Source: an uncultured Gemmatimonadales bacterium (GTDB lineage Bacteria; Gemmatimonadota; Gemmatimonadetes; Palauibacterales; Palauibacteraceae). Taken from it: a DNA stretch of 64,000 nt. The notes under the pieces were generated by a model. The model was not told the DNA's origin, did not search any database, and saw nothing but the letters and a program-made list of their open reading frames with translations. The position numbers and the translations under genes were made by a program. Shown in pieces: positions 28,031 through 37,356 of this stretch; the first letter of the stretch is position 1, and each line of letters opens with the position of its first letter. The stretch is taken from positions 288,001 through 352,000 of the forward strand of contig CAWANJ010000001.1 in assembly GCA_963783385.1 (NCBI GenBank). Reading direction: 5' to 3'.

Positions 28031-29566
28031 TCAGCTCCCGGGGGCGGCGGCGCGGGCAGCCAGCCACGCCGCGGCGCCCCGCTCCATGATCGGCTCGGAG
28101 GCCCAGGCGCACAGGCCCGCCATCCCCCGCTCCTCGAGGATCCGCGCGGGGCCGAGGACGACCGGGAGCACGGCTTGGCCCGCCCCCAGGAGCCCGTCGA
28201 GCCGGGCGGCCGCCTCCTCGCCGAGCCCCGCCCTGCCCTTCCAGGCCCGCGGCGTGGCCTCCACCAGCACCACGAGCGGCGCGCTATCGCCCGACGGCCC
28301 CGCGCTCGCCTCGTTCCCGGCCTGCGTGCCCCGCTCCACGTCGAAGCCTCGCACAGCGAGCTCGGCCGCGAACGCTTCGCCGAGCCCGGCGGCTCCGGCC
28401 TCGCCGTCGTCGGACAGGCAGGCCACCCGGACCCGCCCGGACGCGGCACGCTGCAGCCACGCGTCCATCGCTCTGTCGCCGCCCCCTTCGGCTCCCACCC
28501 TCCTCACGCACGCCTCGGCCAGGGCGGTGATCGACGCGGACGCGGGCCGGAACGACGGCAGGTCGGTCTCGGCCGGCTCCGGCGCGCTCCCGCCGCCGAA
28601 GCGCGTCCACGCCGTTTCGCTCCGCTCGAGGGCCTGCTCCACCCGCGCCGCCAGTCGCGGATCGGCGCCAGCGGCCTGGCGCATGGTGCGGGCGGTAAGA
28701 GCGGGATCGGAGGGGTAGAGCAGCAGGTCGCAGCCGGCGCGCAGCGCGCGGACGGCCCGCCAGCCCTGCGTGGCGGCCCCGGTCTTCCCGCTCCCGGCGA
28801 TGCCCCCCATGATGAGCGCATCGGTGACCACGAGCCCCCGGAAGCCGAGCTCTTCGCGCAGCAGTCCTCCGAGCACGACCGGGCTCAGGGTCGCCGGCCC
28901 ATCGCAGCCGAGCGCAGGGTAGGCCACGTGCGCGGTCATCACGGAGGCCACCTCCTCCGCCACGGCCCGGAAGGGCACCAGGTCGTCCTCCAGCGCCGAG
29001 CGCGGCGCATCGACCACCGGGAGCTCGGCGTGAGAGTCGGCGAGCGTGCGCCCGTGACCGGGGAAGTGCTTCGCACAGCTCGCCACCCCCAGGCCCTGGC
29101 ACCCCTCGATCCAGGCGCGGCCCAGCTCGGCGACACGGACCGGGTCCGTCCCGAACGACCGCGTGCCGACGATGGGGTTGCGCCCCTCGACATCCAGGTC
29201 GAGGACGGGGGCGAGGACCCAGTTCACGCCCAATCCTCTCGCTTCCAGGGCCGTGAGGCGAGCGGCGAGCCGCACCGCCTCGAGGGGGTGTGGGTGGGCG
29301 GCCAGGGCGGCCGGGGGCGGCAGGGTGGCCGCGCCCTCGAACTGCTGACCCGCCCCGCGCTCCAGGTCCGCGGCGAGCCACAGGGGACGACCGGCCGCCG
29401 TCCGCAGCCGCGCCGCCAGCTCGCGCACCTCGTCACAGCTTCCGCCGAACAGGAGGAAGCCCCCGACGCCCTCCTCCACCTGCCGGAGCGCCCGCGCGGC
29501 CGCCGCGTCGGCCGGCTCCCGGTCGAGCCGGATGGCGGGCAGGAGCAGCCGGGCCGGGTCCCTCAC
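28031..29566 (-). CDS. nagZ: GH3 beta-N-acetylhexosaminidase
   Basis: ADLERGAG, APVLD, KHFPGHG...DSH, VMTAHV, VTDALIM; recycling-operon context. Confidence 0.88.
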   Translation of the reverse strand: MRDPARLLLPAIRLDREPADAAAARALRQVEEGVGGFLLFGGSCDEVRELAARLRTAAGRPLWLAADLERGAGQQFEGAATLPPPAALAAHPHPLEAVRLAARLTALEARGLGVNWVLAPVLDLDVEGRNPIVGTRSFGTDPVRVAELGRAWIEGCQGLGVASCAKHFPGHGRTLADSHAELPVVDAPRSALEDDLVPFRAVAEEVASVMTAHVAYPALGCDGPATLSPVVLGGLLREELGFRGLVVTDALIMGGIAGSGKTGAATQGWRAVRALRAGCDLLLYPSDPALTARTMRQAAGADPRLAARVEQALERSETAWTRFGGGSAPEPAETDLPSFRPASASITALAEACVRRVGAEGGGDRAMDAWLQRAASGRVRVACLSDDGEAGAAGLGEAFAAELAVRGFDVERGTQAGNEASAGPSGDSAPLVVLVEATPRAWKGRAGLGEEAAARLDGLLGAGQAVLPVVLGPARILEERGMAGLCAWASEPIMERGAAAWLAARAAAPGS

Positions 29567-30699
29567 GCCGGGACGGTCTTCCCCAGGAGCCGCGCGCCGC
29601 GCGCCCCGGTGGCCCATGGAGCGCCGGCCCGGTGGCCGAGGAGGTGCTGGCGGGCCAGGAGGGCGAAGGCGGCGGCCTCCCGCGCGTCGCCGTCCCAGCC
29701 CAGGGTCTCGAGCGGCCCGACGGTCCGCGGCGCCACGCGCGCGGCGATCCGGCGGACGAGCTCGGGGTTCCGTGCCCCGCCCCCGCACAGGAAGAGCTCC
29801 TCGACCTCGAAGGGCACCCACGTGAGCGCTCCAGCCACCGCCGCCGCGGTCACCTCGGTGAGGCTGGCCAGGAGGTCCTCGGGGCGATCACCGCGCGCCC
29901 GACACTCCTCCAGCCACGCCTCCAGGCGGGCCGGCCCGAAGCGCTCGCGGCCCGTCGTCCGCGGCGGGGCCTCCCGGAAGAACGGGTCCTGCAGCCATGC
30001 CTCCACCGCTCCGGGGAGCGCGGCGCCGCTCGCGGCCATGCGGCCGTCCTCGTCGAAGCGCGACCGCCCCCCGGTCAGCCGCTGCACCGCCGCGTCCAGG
30101 AGCACGACGCCCGGCCCCGTATCGAACGCGACGGGCGTCGCGTCGGAGCTCTCGTCGGGGAGGGCCGTGAGGTTCCCCATCCCCCCCAGGTTCAGGATCC
30201 CGCGACCCCGTTCGGGGGAGGCGAGGAGCAGGTGATCGAAGTAGGCCGAGATGGGCGCCCCGTGCCCGCCGGCCGCCACGTCGCGCACCCGGAAGTCCTC
30301 GACGACCGTGATCCTCGTCTCCTCCGCGATCACCGCGCCCTCGCCCAGCTGCAGCGTGCTGCCGGGACGATCGGCGGTGGGCGGCTCGTGCCACACCGTC
30401 TGGCCGGCGCACCCGACCGCGGCGACGTCGGCCGCCGCCAGGCCCTCCGCCTCGAGGGCCGCGACCAGGGCGGCCGCGAAGCGCCGGCCCAGCTCGAAGT
30501 CCAGGCGGCAGAGCTCCTCGACCCGGCCCTCTTCGCACGCCCGCCGCAGGCGGTCGCGGAAGGCGTCGTCGTACGGGTAGGAGTGGAATGCCGACACACC
30601 GGCCTCGGAGGGCCGCTCCTCCCGGCCCTCCAGCCGCACGAGAGCCACGTCGATCCCATCCAGGGAGGTGCCGGACATGAGACCCGCGTACAGGGGCAT
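29563..30699 (-). CDS. anmK: Anhydro-N-acetylmuramic acid kinase
   Basis: GLMSGTSLDGID, GQTVWH, DFRVRDVAAGGHGAP, FDTGPG, CGGGARN, REAAAFA. Confidence 0.95.
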   Translation of the reverse strand: MPLYAGLMSGTSLDGIDVALVRLEGREERPSEAGVSAFHSYPYDDAFRDRLRRACEEGRVEELCRLDFELGRRFAAALVAALEAEGLAAADVAAVGCAGQTVWHEPPTADRPGSTLQLGEGAVIAEETRITVVEDFRVRDVAAGGHGAPISAYFDHLLLASPERGRGILNLGGMGNLTALPDESSDATPVAFDTGPGVVLLDAAVQRLTGGRSRFDEDGRMAASGAALPGAVEAWLQDPFFREAPPRTTGRERFGPARLEAWLEECRARGDRPEDLLASLTEVTAAAVAGALTWVPFEVEELFLCGGGARNPELVRRIAARVAPRTVGPLETLGWDGDAREAAAFALLARQHLLGHRAGAPWATGARGARLLGKTVPA

Positions 30700-30707
30700 C
30701 GGTCGGC

Positions 30708-32144
30708 TCACTCCAGCAGGTCGGGATGGAGGCGCTCGCGGATTCGCTCCGCGTGCGCCGCGTCGTGCTGGGCTACCGCCCGCACGAGCTGGTGCAGCGC
30801 CACCGGGTCGCCGTCCACCGTGCCCCGGGCGAGCCACGCGGCGATGGGCGCGCCCTCGAGCGCCCGGACGGTGCGGGCGCGCTCGCCGGCGAACACCAGG
30901 AGGAGCTCGGCGATCGAGCGATCGCCGCCGGGCGGCTCCGGGTCCGGCGGCCAGTCCGGGAAGTCGAGCGACGGGTCCTCCGTCTCCGTCTCCGTCGCCG
31001 AGGCGATCAGCGCCTCGATGCGGGGCCGGTAGGCCTCCCGCTCGGACTGCACCAGGTGGGCGACGTGCTGCGCCGGCGTCCAGCGTCCCGTCGTCCGGCC
31101 CGGACCCGTGGCGGCCGCCCACGCCTCGCAGGCCGCGCGCACGCGCTCCGGGCCGGCCGCCAACCTGCCGGCCAGGACCTCCGCTTCCCCTCCCCCCAGG
31201 TCGTCGGAATAGCAGGCATAGTAGGGAACGTGCTCGGCCCCGCTGAAGCGCTCGACGACGCGGGATAGGTGACCGCCGCACGCGTCCAGCACCCGCTCGG
31301 CCACCGCTCGCTCCACGCCCAGCTCGTGCATGGCGATAGCGGTCTTCACGGAGCCGCCCGCGCGCACGAGGAGACTCCGGGCGGCATCGCCGGTGAGGTC
31401 GCACACGACCTCGAGAATGCCCAGCGCCCTCCGCACGAGCTTCCGGCTCCCGGCCCGGAGGTCCACCATGAGGTTGCCGTACACCTTGCCCAGCCGGACC
31501 ATGACGCCGGTCGAGAGGGTGTTGAGCACCAGCTTGGTGGCGGTCCCCGCCTTCATGCGGGTCGATCCGGCCACGACCTCCGGGCCCACGATCGGTGTGA
31601 CCAGGTGATCGGCGACGCGGCGCATCGCCTCGGGAGGCGGCGTGCAGCTCACGAATCCGGTCCCGGCGCCCGCCGCGTCGGCCTCCTCGAGGGCCGCCCG
31701 CACGTAGGGCGTGGTTCCGGAGGTGGCGATCCCGAGGACGAAGTCCGCCGGCCCGATGCCAGCCGCCCGCACGTCCTGCCGGCCGGCCGACTCGTCGTCC
31801 TCGGCCCCTTCGCGGCTGCGCCACAGCGCTTCCCGCCCCCCCGCGATGAGACCGAGCACGAGGCCCGGCTCGGTCCCGAAGGTGGGGGGGCACTCGGCGG
31901 CGTCCAGCACGCCCAGGCGGCCGCTCGTCCCGGCGCCCACGTACACGAGCCGCCCTCCGGAGGCGAGCCGGTCCGCCACCTCCTCGACCAGCCCCGCGAT
32001 CGAGGCCGCCTCGGCCTCGACCGCATTGGGGACCCGGCGGTCCTCGGCCTGGATGAGGCGCACGATCTCCGCGGGCCCGGCCCGGTCGATGCCGGTCGTG
32101 CGCGGGTTCACCGCCTCGGTCGGGCTCTGCCGTCCGTCCCGCAT
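30708..32144 (-). CDS. murQ: N-acetylmuramic acid 6-phosphate etherase fused to a C-terminal DinB/YfiT-like domain
   Basis: GAGTSGRLGVLDAAECPPTFG and GPEVVAGSTRMKAGTATK, then in frame WTPAQHVAHL...QHDAAH. Confidence 0.92.
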   Translation of the reverse strand: MRDGRQSPTEAVNPRTTGIDRAGPAEIVRLIQAEDRRVPNAVEAEAASIAGLVEEVADRLASGGRLVYVGAGTSGRLGVLDAAECPPTFGTEPGLVLGLIAGGREALWRSREGAEDDESAGRQDVRAAGIGPADFVLGIATSGTTPYVRAALEEADAAGAGTGFVSCTPPPEAMRRVADHLVTPIVGPEVVAGSTRMKAGTATKLVLNTLSTGVMVRLGKVYGNLMVDLRAGSRKLVRRALGILEVVCDLTGDAARSLLVRAGGSVKTAIAMHELGVERAVAERVLDACGGHLSRVVERFSGAEHVPYYACYSDDLGGGEAEVLAGRLAAGPERVRAACEAWAAATGPGRTTGRWTPAQHVAHLVQSEREAYRPRIEALIASATETETEDPSLDFPDWPPDPEPPGGDRSIAELLLVFAGERARTVRALEGAPIAAWLARGTVDGDPVALHQLVRAVAQHDAAHAERIRERLHPDLLE

Positions 32145-32250
32145 GGCCGCCTCCGCACCGCCGGTACCCTTCCTGCGTGCCTCGCTTCCGGCCGCCAAGC
32201 TACGGGCACGGCGAGCCGGCCGACAATCGCGCGGCGTCCGGGCGGACCGA

Positions 32251-33084
32251 CTACGGCCCTCGCGAGGGATCGCGGGTCCACACGACCACCACGCCGCACT
32301 CGTCCCCGGTGCGCAGATAGATGGCGGGGACCTCGGATACGCCCCGGTAGACTTCGATGGCCTCGATGTCCATCGGAGACAGCTCGTCGAGACGGAAGGC
32401 ATCGGCCAATGGGATCCGGATGCCATCCACGAAGTACCCGATGCGGCAGCCACGGCGCGCCAGGAGCGGGGCGCTGCGGCTCATGGCCGGGTTCCCGGTG
32501 CTGCCCGGCCCGGGCGTGACCTGCACGCCGGGCAGGGAGCGCAGCAGGTCGCTGACCTCGCGGGCGCGCCGGGCCTCGATCTGCTCCCGGTCCAGGAAGG
32601 ACCCGATGCCGCGCGCGCGCCGCCGGTAGAAGCCCGCCAGCTTCCCCCGGGGGACCTCGTCACGCGTCACCCGGACCTCGAGGGCCGGCTGCGGAATCAG
32701 CCGCGTCTCGAGCCGGAGGGAGAGCTCGGTGGGACCGTCCTCCCGGACCTCGGCCGTGAAGGTCGTGGACGGGAGCCCCGGGAGACGCACCTCGAACGTG
32801 CGGCGACCCGGCGGGACGCCGTGCAGGAGGAAGCGGCCCGACGTGTCGGTCACGGCCCGGACCCGCCCCGCGTCGCCCCCGGACAGGCGGAGGCGCACCT
32901 CCGCGCCGACCACGGGCGTGTCCGCGCGCGCCGCGAGGACGACCCCGCGCACGTCCCCCGCGGAGGCCGTGTCCCCGCCCGACTCACGGATCGCGTCGGG
33001 TGGAAGTTCCTGGGCGGAGACCGGTCCGGCGAGCGCGACCGCGGCCAGCAGCCCCAGGAGGGCGACGGGGCGCGAAACGGCCAC
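32251..33084 (-). CDS. Secreted carboxypeptidase-regulatory-like domain plus TonB-plug-like domain, with no beta-barrel
   Basis: Signal peptide, TDTSGRF, SDLLRSLPGV, DIEAIEVYRG, CGVVVVWT. Confidence 0.78.
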   Translation of the reverse strand: MAVSRPVALLGLLAAVALAGPVSAQELPPDAIRESGGDTASAGDVRGVVLAARADTPVVGAEVRLRLSGGDAGRVRAVTDTSGRFLLHGVPPGRRTFEVRLPGLPSTTFTAEVREDGPTELSLRLETRLIPQPALEVRVTRDEVPRGKLAGFYRRRARGIGSFLDREQIEARRAREVSDLLRSLPGVQVTPGPGSTGNPAMSRSAPLLARRGCRIGYFVDGIRIPLADAFRLDELSPMDIEAIEVYRGVSEVPAIYLRTGDECGVVVVWTRDPSRGP

Positions 33085-33092
33085 GGTCGCCG

Positions 33093-33875
33093 TCAGCGCG
33101 GACGGTGGACGGTCACCGGCTCCTTGAGCTGGAGGGTCATCGGGGAATCGGCCGGAAGGACGGCATCCACGTCCTGCGTCCCGAGCACAATGGCCGTGCC
33201 CGCCGCCGCGCCGACCGCCGCGCCGATGAACGTCCCCGTCTTGTTGCCGCCGATGATGCGGCCCAGGATGGCTCCCGCCGCCGTGCCGGCTCCGATCTTG
33301 ACCGCCGCCTCGCCCGTGCTGGTCCGGGACTTCTTCTGGGGCTCGGCCTTCACGAGGTCCGCCGAGATCGGGTAGCTCTCCCCGCCGACCGTGAGGCTGG
33401 TGAAGTCCACCTTGAGCACGGCCGTCTGGCCCGGGCTGCCGGACTTCTGCACGGCCGTGACCTCCCCGTGTACCTTGGCGCCGTCCGGGATCGCCGTCCG
33501 TCCGTCCACCGTGACCGGCCGGGTGACCGTCACCGTGAACCGGTCGCCGACCTTGCTGTCCTGGGTGGACAGCAAGGTGTCCAGTGTGGTCTCGAGCTGC
33601 GTCCCCGAGGCCACGCTCAGGCTCACCGTCGCCGGCGCCGGAGTCGCGGCCGGCTGCCCCTCGGGCGCGCCCGGTCCCGCCGGCTTCGCCTTCGGCGCCG
33701 CTCCCGCGGCCGCCGGCTGGCTGGCTGGCTGCTGGCTGGCTGCCGGCTCCTGTGCCGGCGCGGCCGAAGCGCTGTCGGCCGCTGGGGAGGCCTTGCCGCC
33801 CCCGCCGCCGCAGGCCGACAGAAGCAGGGCCGTCGTCGCCGCCAGGGTCCATCCGATCCTGCCGCTGACCTTCAT
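33093..33875 (-). CDS. Lipoprotein with Ala/Pro linker, TrbI/VirB10-like beta domain and glycine zipper
   Basis: Lipobox LSAC; GTQLETTL, IPDGAKVHGEV, GAAVGAAAGT. Confidence 0.75.
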   Translation of the reverse strand: MKVSGRIGWTLAATTALLLSACGGGGGKASPAADSASAAPAQEPAASQQPASQPAAAGAAPKAKPAGPGAPEGQPAATPAPATVSLSVASGTQLETTLDTLLSTQDSKVGDRFTVTVTRPVTVDGRTAIPDGAKVHGEVTAVQKSGSPGQTAVLKVDFTSLTVGGESYPISADLVKAEPQKKSRTSTGEAAVKIGAGTAAGAILGRIIGGNKTGTFIGAAVGAAAGTAIVLGTQDVDAVLPADSPMTLQLKEPVTVHRPR

Positions 33876-34040
33876 GATCTTCCTCCTCGTGGTGGTCGCC
33901 CGCTCTCCATACCCGTCAGGGGTGGAGGTACGGCGCAGGAGAAGAGATCCTCCCACTCATTCTGCCGCCTGCGCAACTCCGGGGCCAGCCTCCGTGCGAA
34001 CGGCGTCAGGTCCATGCGCGCCCGATCACGCTCCGGGAGC

Positions 34041-34067
34041 GAACCTTCTGACTTCGATGGTGTCTGT
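34041..34067 (+). promoter_or_regulatory. Putative sigmaE-type ECF promoter
   Basis: GAACCT-N16-TCTGT versus GAACTT-N16-TCTGA. Confidence 0.45.
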
Positions 34068-34163
34068 TTTACGCATGGCAGACGAGCGAGCTTCGGAGCA
34101 CGTCACGGCGGCGCCGCATCGGCGCGGGCCCGATGCGCCGGCGCGCGGAGGGAGCCGGGCGTC

Positions 34164-36056
34164 GTGAAGCAGCTTCGTTCGCTGCTCCCTTACCTTCGTC
34201 CCTACTGGCGGGGCATGGCCCTCGGCCTCGTGCTGGTCGTGGTGAGTAACGTGTTCAGCGTCGCGGCGCCGCTGCTCCTCAAGTACGCGATCGACGCGAT
34301 GCAGACCGAACTGAGTCGTTCGGTCATCCTCCGCTATGCGGGCCTCATCGTGCTCGCGGCGCTCCTCGGAGGTGCCACCCGCTACGGCCAGCGGGAGCTC
34401 CTCAACGGCATCAGCCGGAAGATGGAGCGCGACTTGCGCGCCGACCTGTTCGGTCACCTGCTCCGGCTTCCGGCACAGTTCTACGACGAGTGGAGGACCG
34501 GCGACCTCATGAGCCGGGCCACCAACGACGTGCTGGCCGTCCGCCAGGTCGCGGGCCCGGCGATCATGTATCTGGTCAACACGACCACCATGTCCGTGCT
34601 CGTGCTGACGCTGATGCTGCGCACCGACGTCACCCTCACCCTGCTCACGCTGCTCCCGATGGTGATCCTGCCCGCCGCCGTGTACCTGTTCGGACAGGAG
34701 ATCCACCGCCGCTTCGAGCGCATTCAGGCCCAGTTCAGCCAGATCTCCAACTTCGTGCAGGAGAACCTGGCCGGGATCCGGATCGTGAAAGCCTACGGCC
34801 AGGAGGGTTCGCAGACCCGGGAGTTCGGGGGCCAGAACGAGGAGTACCTGGAGCGCAACATGGGCCTGGCCCGGGTGTGGGGGGCGTTCCACCCGGCCCT
34901 CACCGTGTTCACGGGCCTGGCGGCGGTGGTCGTGCTCTGGTACGGGGGACGCGAGGAGATGCAGGGCGCCATTACGCTGGGTGACTTCGTGATGTTCATC
35001 ACCCTGCTCGTCCTGCTCACCTGGCCCATGATCGCCCTGGGCTGGGTCACCAACCTCTTCCAGCGCGGCGCGGCCTCGATGGGTCGGATCAACCAGTTCA
35101 TGGACCTCGAGCCGGCCATCGCGGACCCGCCCCGCCCGCGGCGACCGGACCGGATCCGCGGCTCCATCGAGTTCGAGGACGTCTCCTTCCGCTATCCGGG
35201 AACCGAGCACTGGGTGCTGCGGCACGTAAGCTTCCGTGTCCCTCCCGGCGCCACGGTGGCCATCGTGGGCGGGACCGGGAGCGGAAAGACAACCCTCGCC
35301 CGCCTGATCCCGCGCCTGTACGATCCCACCGAGGGCCGCGTCCTCGTCGACGGGGTCCCGGCGCGGGAGCTGTCCCTGGCCACCCTTCGCGATGCCGTGT
35401 CGGTCGTCCCACAGGAGCCCTTCCTGTTCAGCATGCGACTCCGGCGAAACCTCGTGCTGCCCGGCGCGGGACCGGCCACCGACGGCGAGGGCCCGCCCGC
35501 TGTAGAGGCCACCGGGCCGGGATCGCGGCCGGGGGTCTCCGGATCGAGCGCCAATGGCGGCCCGCCGGCCGCGGGGGGCCTGCCCACGGAGGCGGAGCTG
35601 GAGCACGCGCTCGAGGTCGCCCAGCTGCGGGAGACGCTCGCGGTCCTGCCGGAGGGCCTGGAGACCCGGATCGGCGAGCGCGGGGTGAACCTGTCGGGCG
35701 GCCAGAAGCAGCGGGCGACGCTGGCCCGGGCGCTGCTCCGGAACGCGCCGATCCTCGTGCTGGACGATGCGCTCTCGGCGGTGGACACGGTGACCGAGAA
35801 GGCCATCCTCGAGGGCCTGCGCGGCTATCTGCGGGATCGCACCGCGCTCATCATCTCGCACCGCGTGTCGGCGGTGCGCGAGGCGGACCACATCCTCGTG
35901 CTCGAGGACGGGCGGCTCGCCGAACAGGGCACGCATGGCGAACTGCTGGCCGCCGATGGCGTGTACGCGCACCTCCTCGAGCGTCAGCTCCTGGCCGAGG
36001 AGCTGGCGTCCTATCGGGGCCCAGGATCGCTTGCCGAAACGCCTGCGGACGGGTAG
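34164..36056 (+). CDS. ABC exporter half-transporter (TMD+NBD), MdlA/YheI-like
   Basis: TGDLMSRATND, GGTGSGKT, LSGGQKQR, ILVLDDALSAVD. Confidence 0.92.
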   Translation: MKQLRSLLPYLRPYWRGMALGLVLVVVSNVFSVAAPLLLKYAIDAMQTELSRSVILRYAGLIVLAALLGGATRYGQRELLNGISRKMERDLRADLFGHLLRLPAQFYDEWRTGDLMSRATNDVLAVRQVAGPAIMYLVNTTTMSVLVLTLMLRTDVTLTLLTLLPMVILPAAVYLFGQEIHRRFERIQAQFSQISNFVQENLAGIRIVKAYGQEGSQTREFGGQNEEYLERNMGLARVWGAFHPALTVFTGLAAVVVLWYGGREEMQGAITLGDFVMFITLLVLLTWPMIALGWVTNLFQRGAASMGRINQFMDLEPAIADPPRPRRPDRIRGSIEFEDVSFRYPGTEHWVLRHVSFRVPPGATVAIVGGTGSGKTTLARLIPRLYDPTEGRVLVDGVPARELSLATLRDAVSVVPQEPFLFSMRLRRNLVLPGAGPATDGEGPPAVEATGPGSRPGVSGSSANGGPPAAGGLPTEAELEHALEVAQLRETLAVLPEGLETRIGERGVNLSGGQKQRATLARALLRNAPILVLDDALSAVDTVTEKAILEGLRGYLRDRTALIISHRVSAVREADHILVLEDGRLAEQGTHGELLAADGVYAHLLERQLLAEELASYRGPGSLAETPADG

Positions 36057-36132
36057 TCTACGGCGTTCGGGGCCAGGGCTTGAGTCACCCGTCCCGAACG
36101 TTCCGGTGATCCCTCCCGCATAGGACGCTCCC

Positions 36133-36965
36133 TTGCCGTACGATGCATCGGCCGCGGATACGGAGCACATCGACGCGCTGGAGCGGGAGATCCGCGTGCT
36201 GCGCAACCTGGAGGCTGCCCGCATCCAGTTTCTCACGCTCGTCTCGCACGAGCTCCGCACGCCCCTGACCTCCATCCTGACCTACGCCGAGGCCCTCGAG
36301 GACGAGCGCCTCGGTCCCCTGCGCCACGAGCAGCAGGAGGCACTCGCCTCGGTCACCCGGGCCGCGCGCCAGACGCTGGAGCTGGTCGACGAGATCCTGC
36401 GATACTCGAAGAGCGGCGGGCAGTCGGCGGAGCTCCGGCCGGAGAGCTTCGACATCGGCACGATGGTCGAGCAGCTCGAGACCAGCCACCAGTCCCTGCT
36501 GGCCCGCAAGAGGCTGGAATTCCGCAGGCTGATCGAGGAGGACCTGCCCCGCGTGTACGCCGACCACGCCAAGGTCTCGCACGTGCTCGGCAACCTGATC
36601 AGCAACGCCATCGAGTTCACGCCCCCGGGCGGGCGCATCGAGGTGAGCGCGGAGGCGGACGAGGAGGGGGCATGGATGCGCGTCCAGGTCGCCGACACCG
36701 GCATCGGCATCCCCCCGAGGACCAGGAGCGGATCTTCGAGGAGTTCGTGAGCCTCGACCGCGGCGTGGACCGCCGGCTGGGGGGCAGCGGGCTCGGGCTG
36801 TCCATCGCCCGCCGACTCATCGAGATGCACGGCGGACGGCTCGGCCTGGAGAGCGCTCCGGGTGAGGGAAGCATCTTCCACTTCACCCTTCCGACCGAGC
36901 GTAACCCTTCCGCGCTGGCCGCCTCGGGCGGACGGAGTCGCAGCCGGGGGGGCGCGGAGCGCTGA
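36133..36965 (+). CDS. Soluble histidine kinase (HisKA-HATPase); apparent -1 frameshift in a C run at ~36711-36716
   Basis: SHELRTPL, NLISNAIEFT and DTGIGIP, continuing in another frame as EDQERIFEEF..GSGLGLSI. Confidence 0.85.
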
Positions 36966-36968
36966 CCG

Positions 36969-37346
36969 GTGCCCGCCGCCGACGCCGTGCGCGTCCTCCT
37001 CGTCGAGGATGACGACGGGCTCAGGAACGCCTACCGGATCGTGCTGGCCGCGCGCGGCTTCGACGTCGGGATGGCCTCCACGGGAGAGGAGGCGCTCGAG
37101 CGGCTCGAGGTCCCTTCCGGACATCCCGCCGCCATCGTGGCCGATCTGGGCCTTCCCGGCCTCTCCGGACCCGATCTCGTGACGCGGCTCCGGGAGAAGG
37201 CGCCCGGGTCCGTCCTCCTGGTGCTGACCGGCACGAGGGACGACGCCGTGCGCCGCCAATGCCTGAGCGCCGGAGCCACGCGGTTCATGGTCAAGCCCGT
37301 CACCGGCGGCGAGCTCGAGGCCACCCTGCGGGAGACGTGCGGCTAG
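36969..37346 (+). CDS. Single-domain response regulator (CheY-like)
   Basis: LLVEDD, ADLGLPG, LTG, VKP. Confidence 0.88.
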   Translation: MPAADAVRVLLVEDDDGLRNAYRIVLAARGFDVGMASTGEEALERLEVPSGHPAAIVADLGLPGLSGPDLVTRLREKAPGSVLLVLTGTRDDAVRRQCLSAGATRFMVKPVTGGELEATLRETCG

Positions 37347-37356
37347 GGGCGCCCGA

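Noticed and set aside
33093-33875. Type IV secretion or conjugative element suggested by the VirB10-like domain
   Set aside because: No other T4SS, relaxase or integrase genes are present, and there is no compositional shift.
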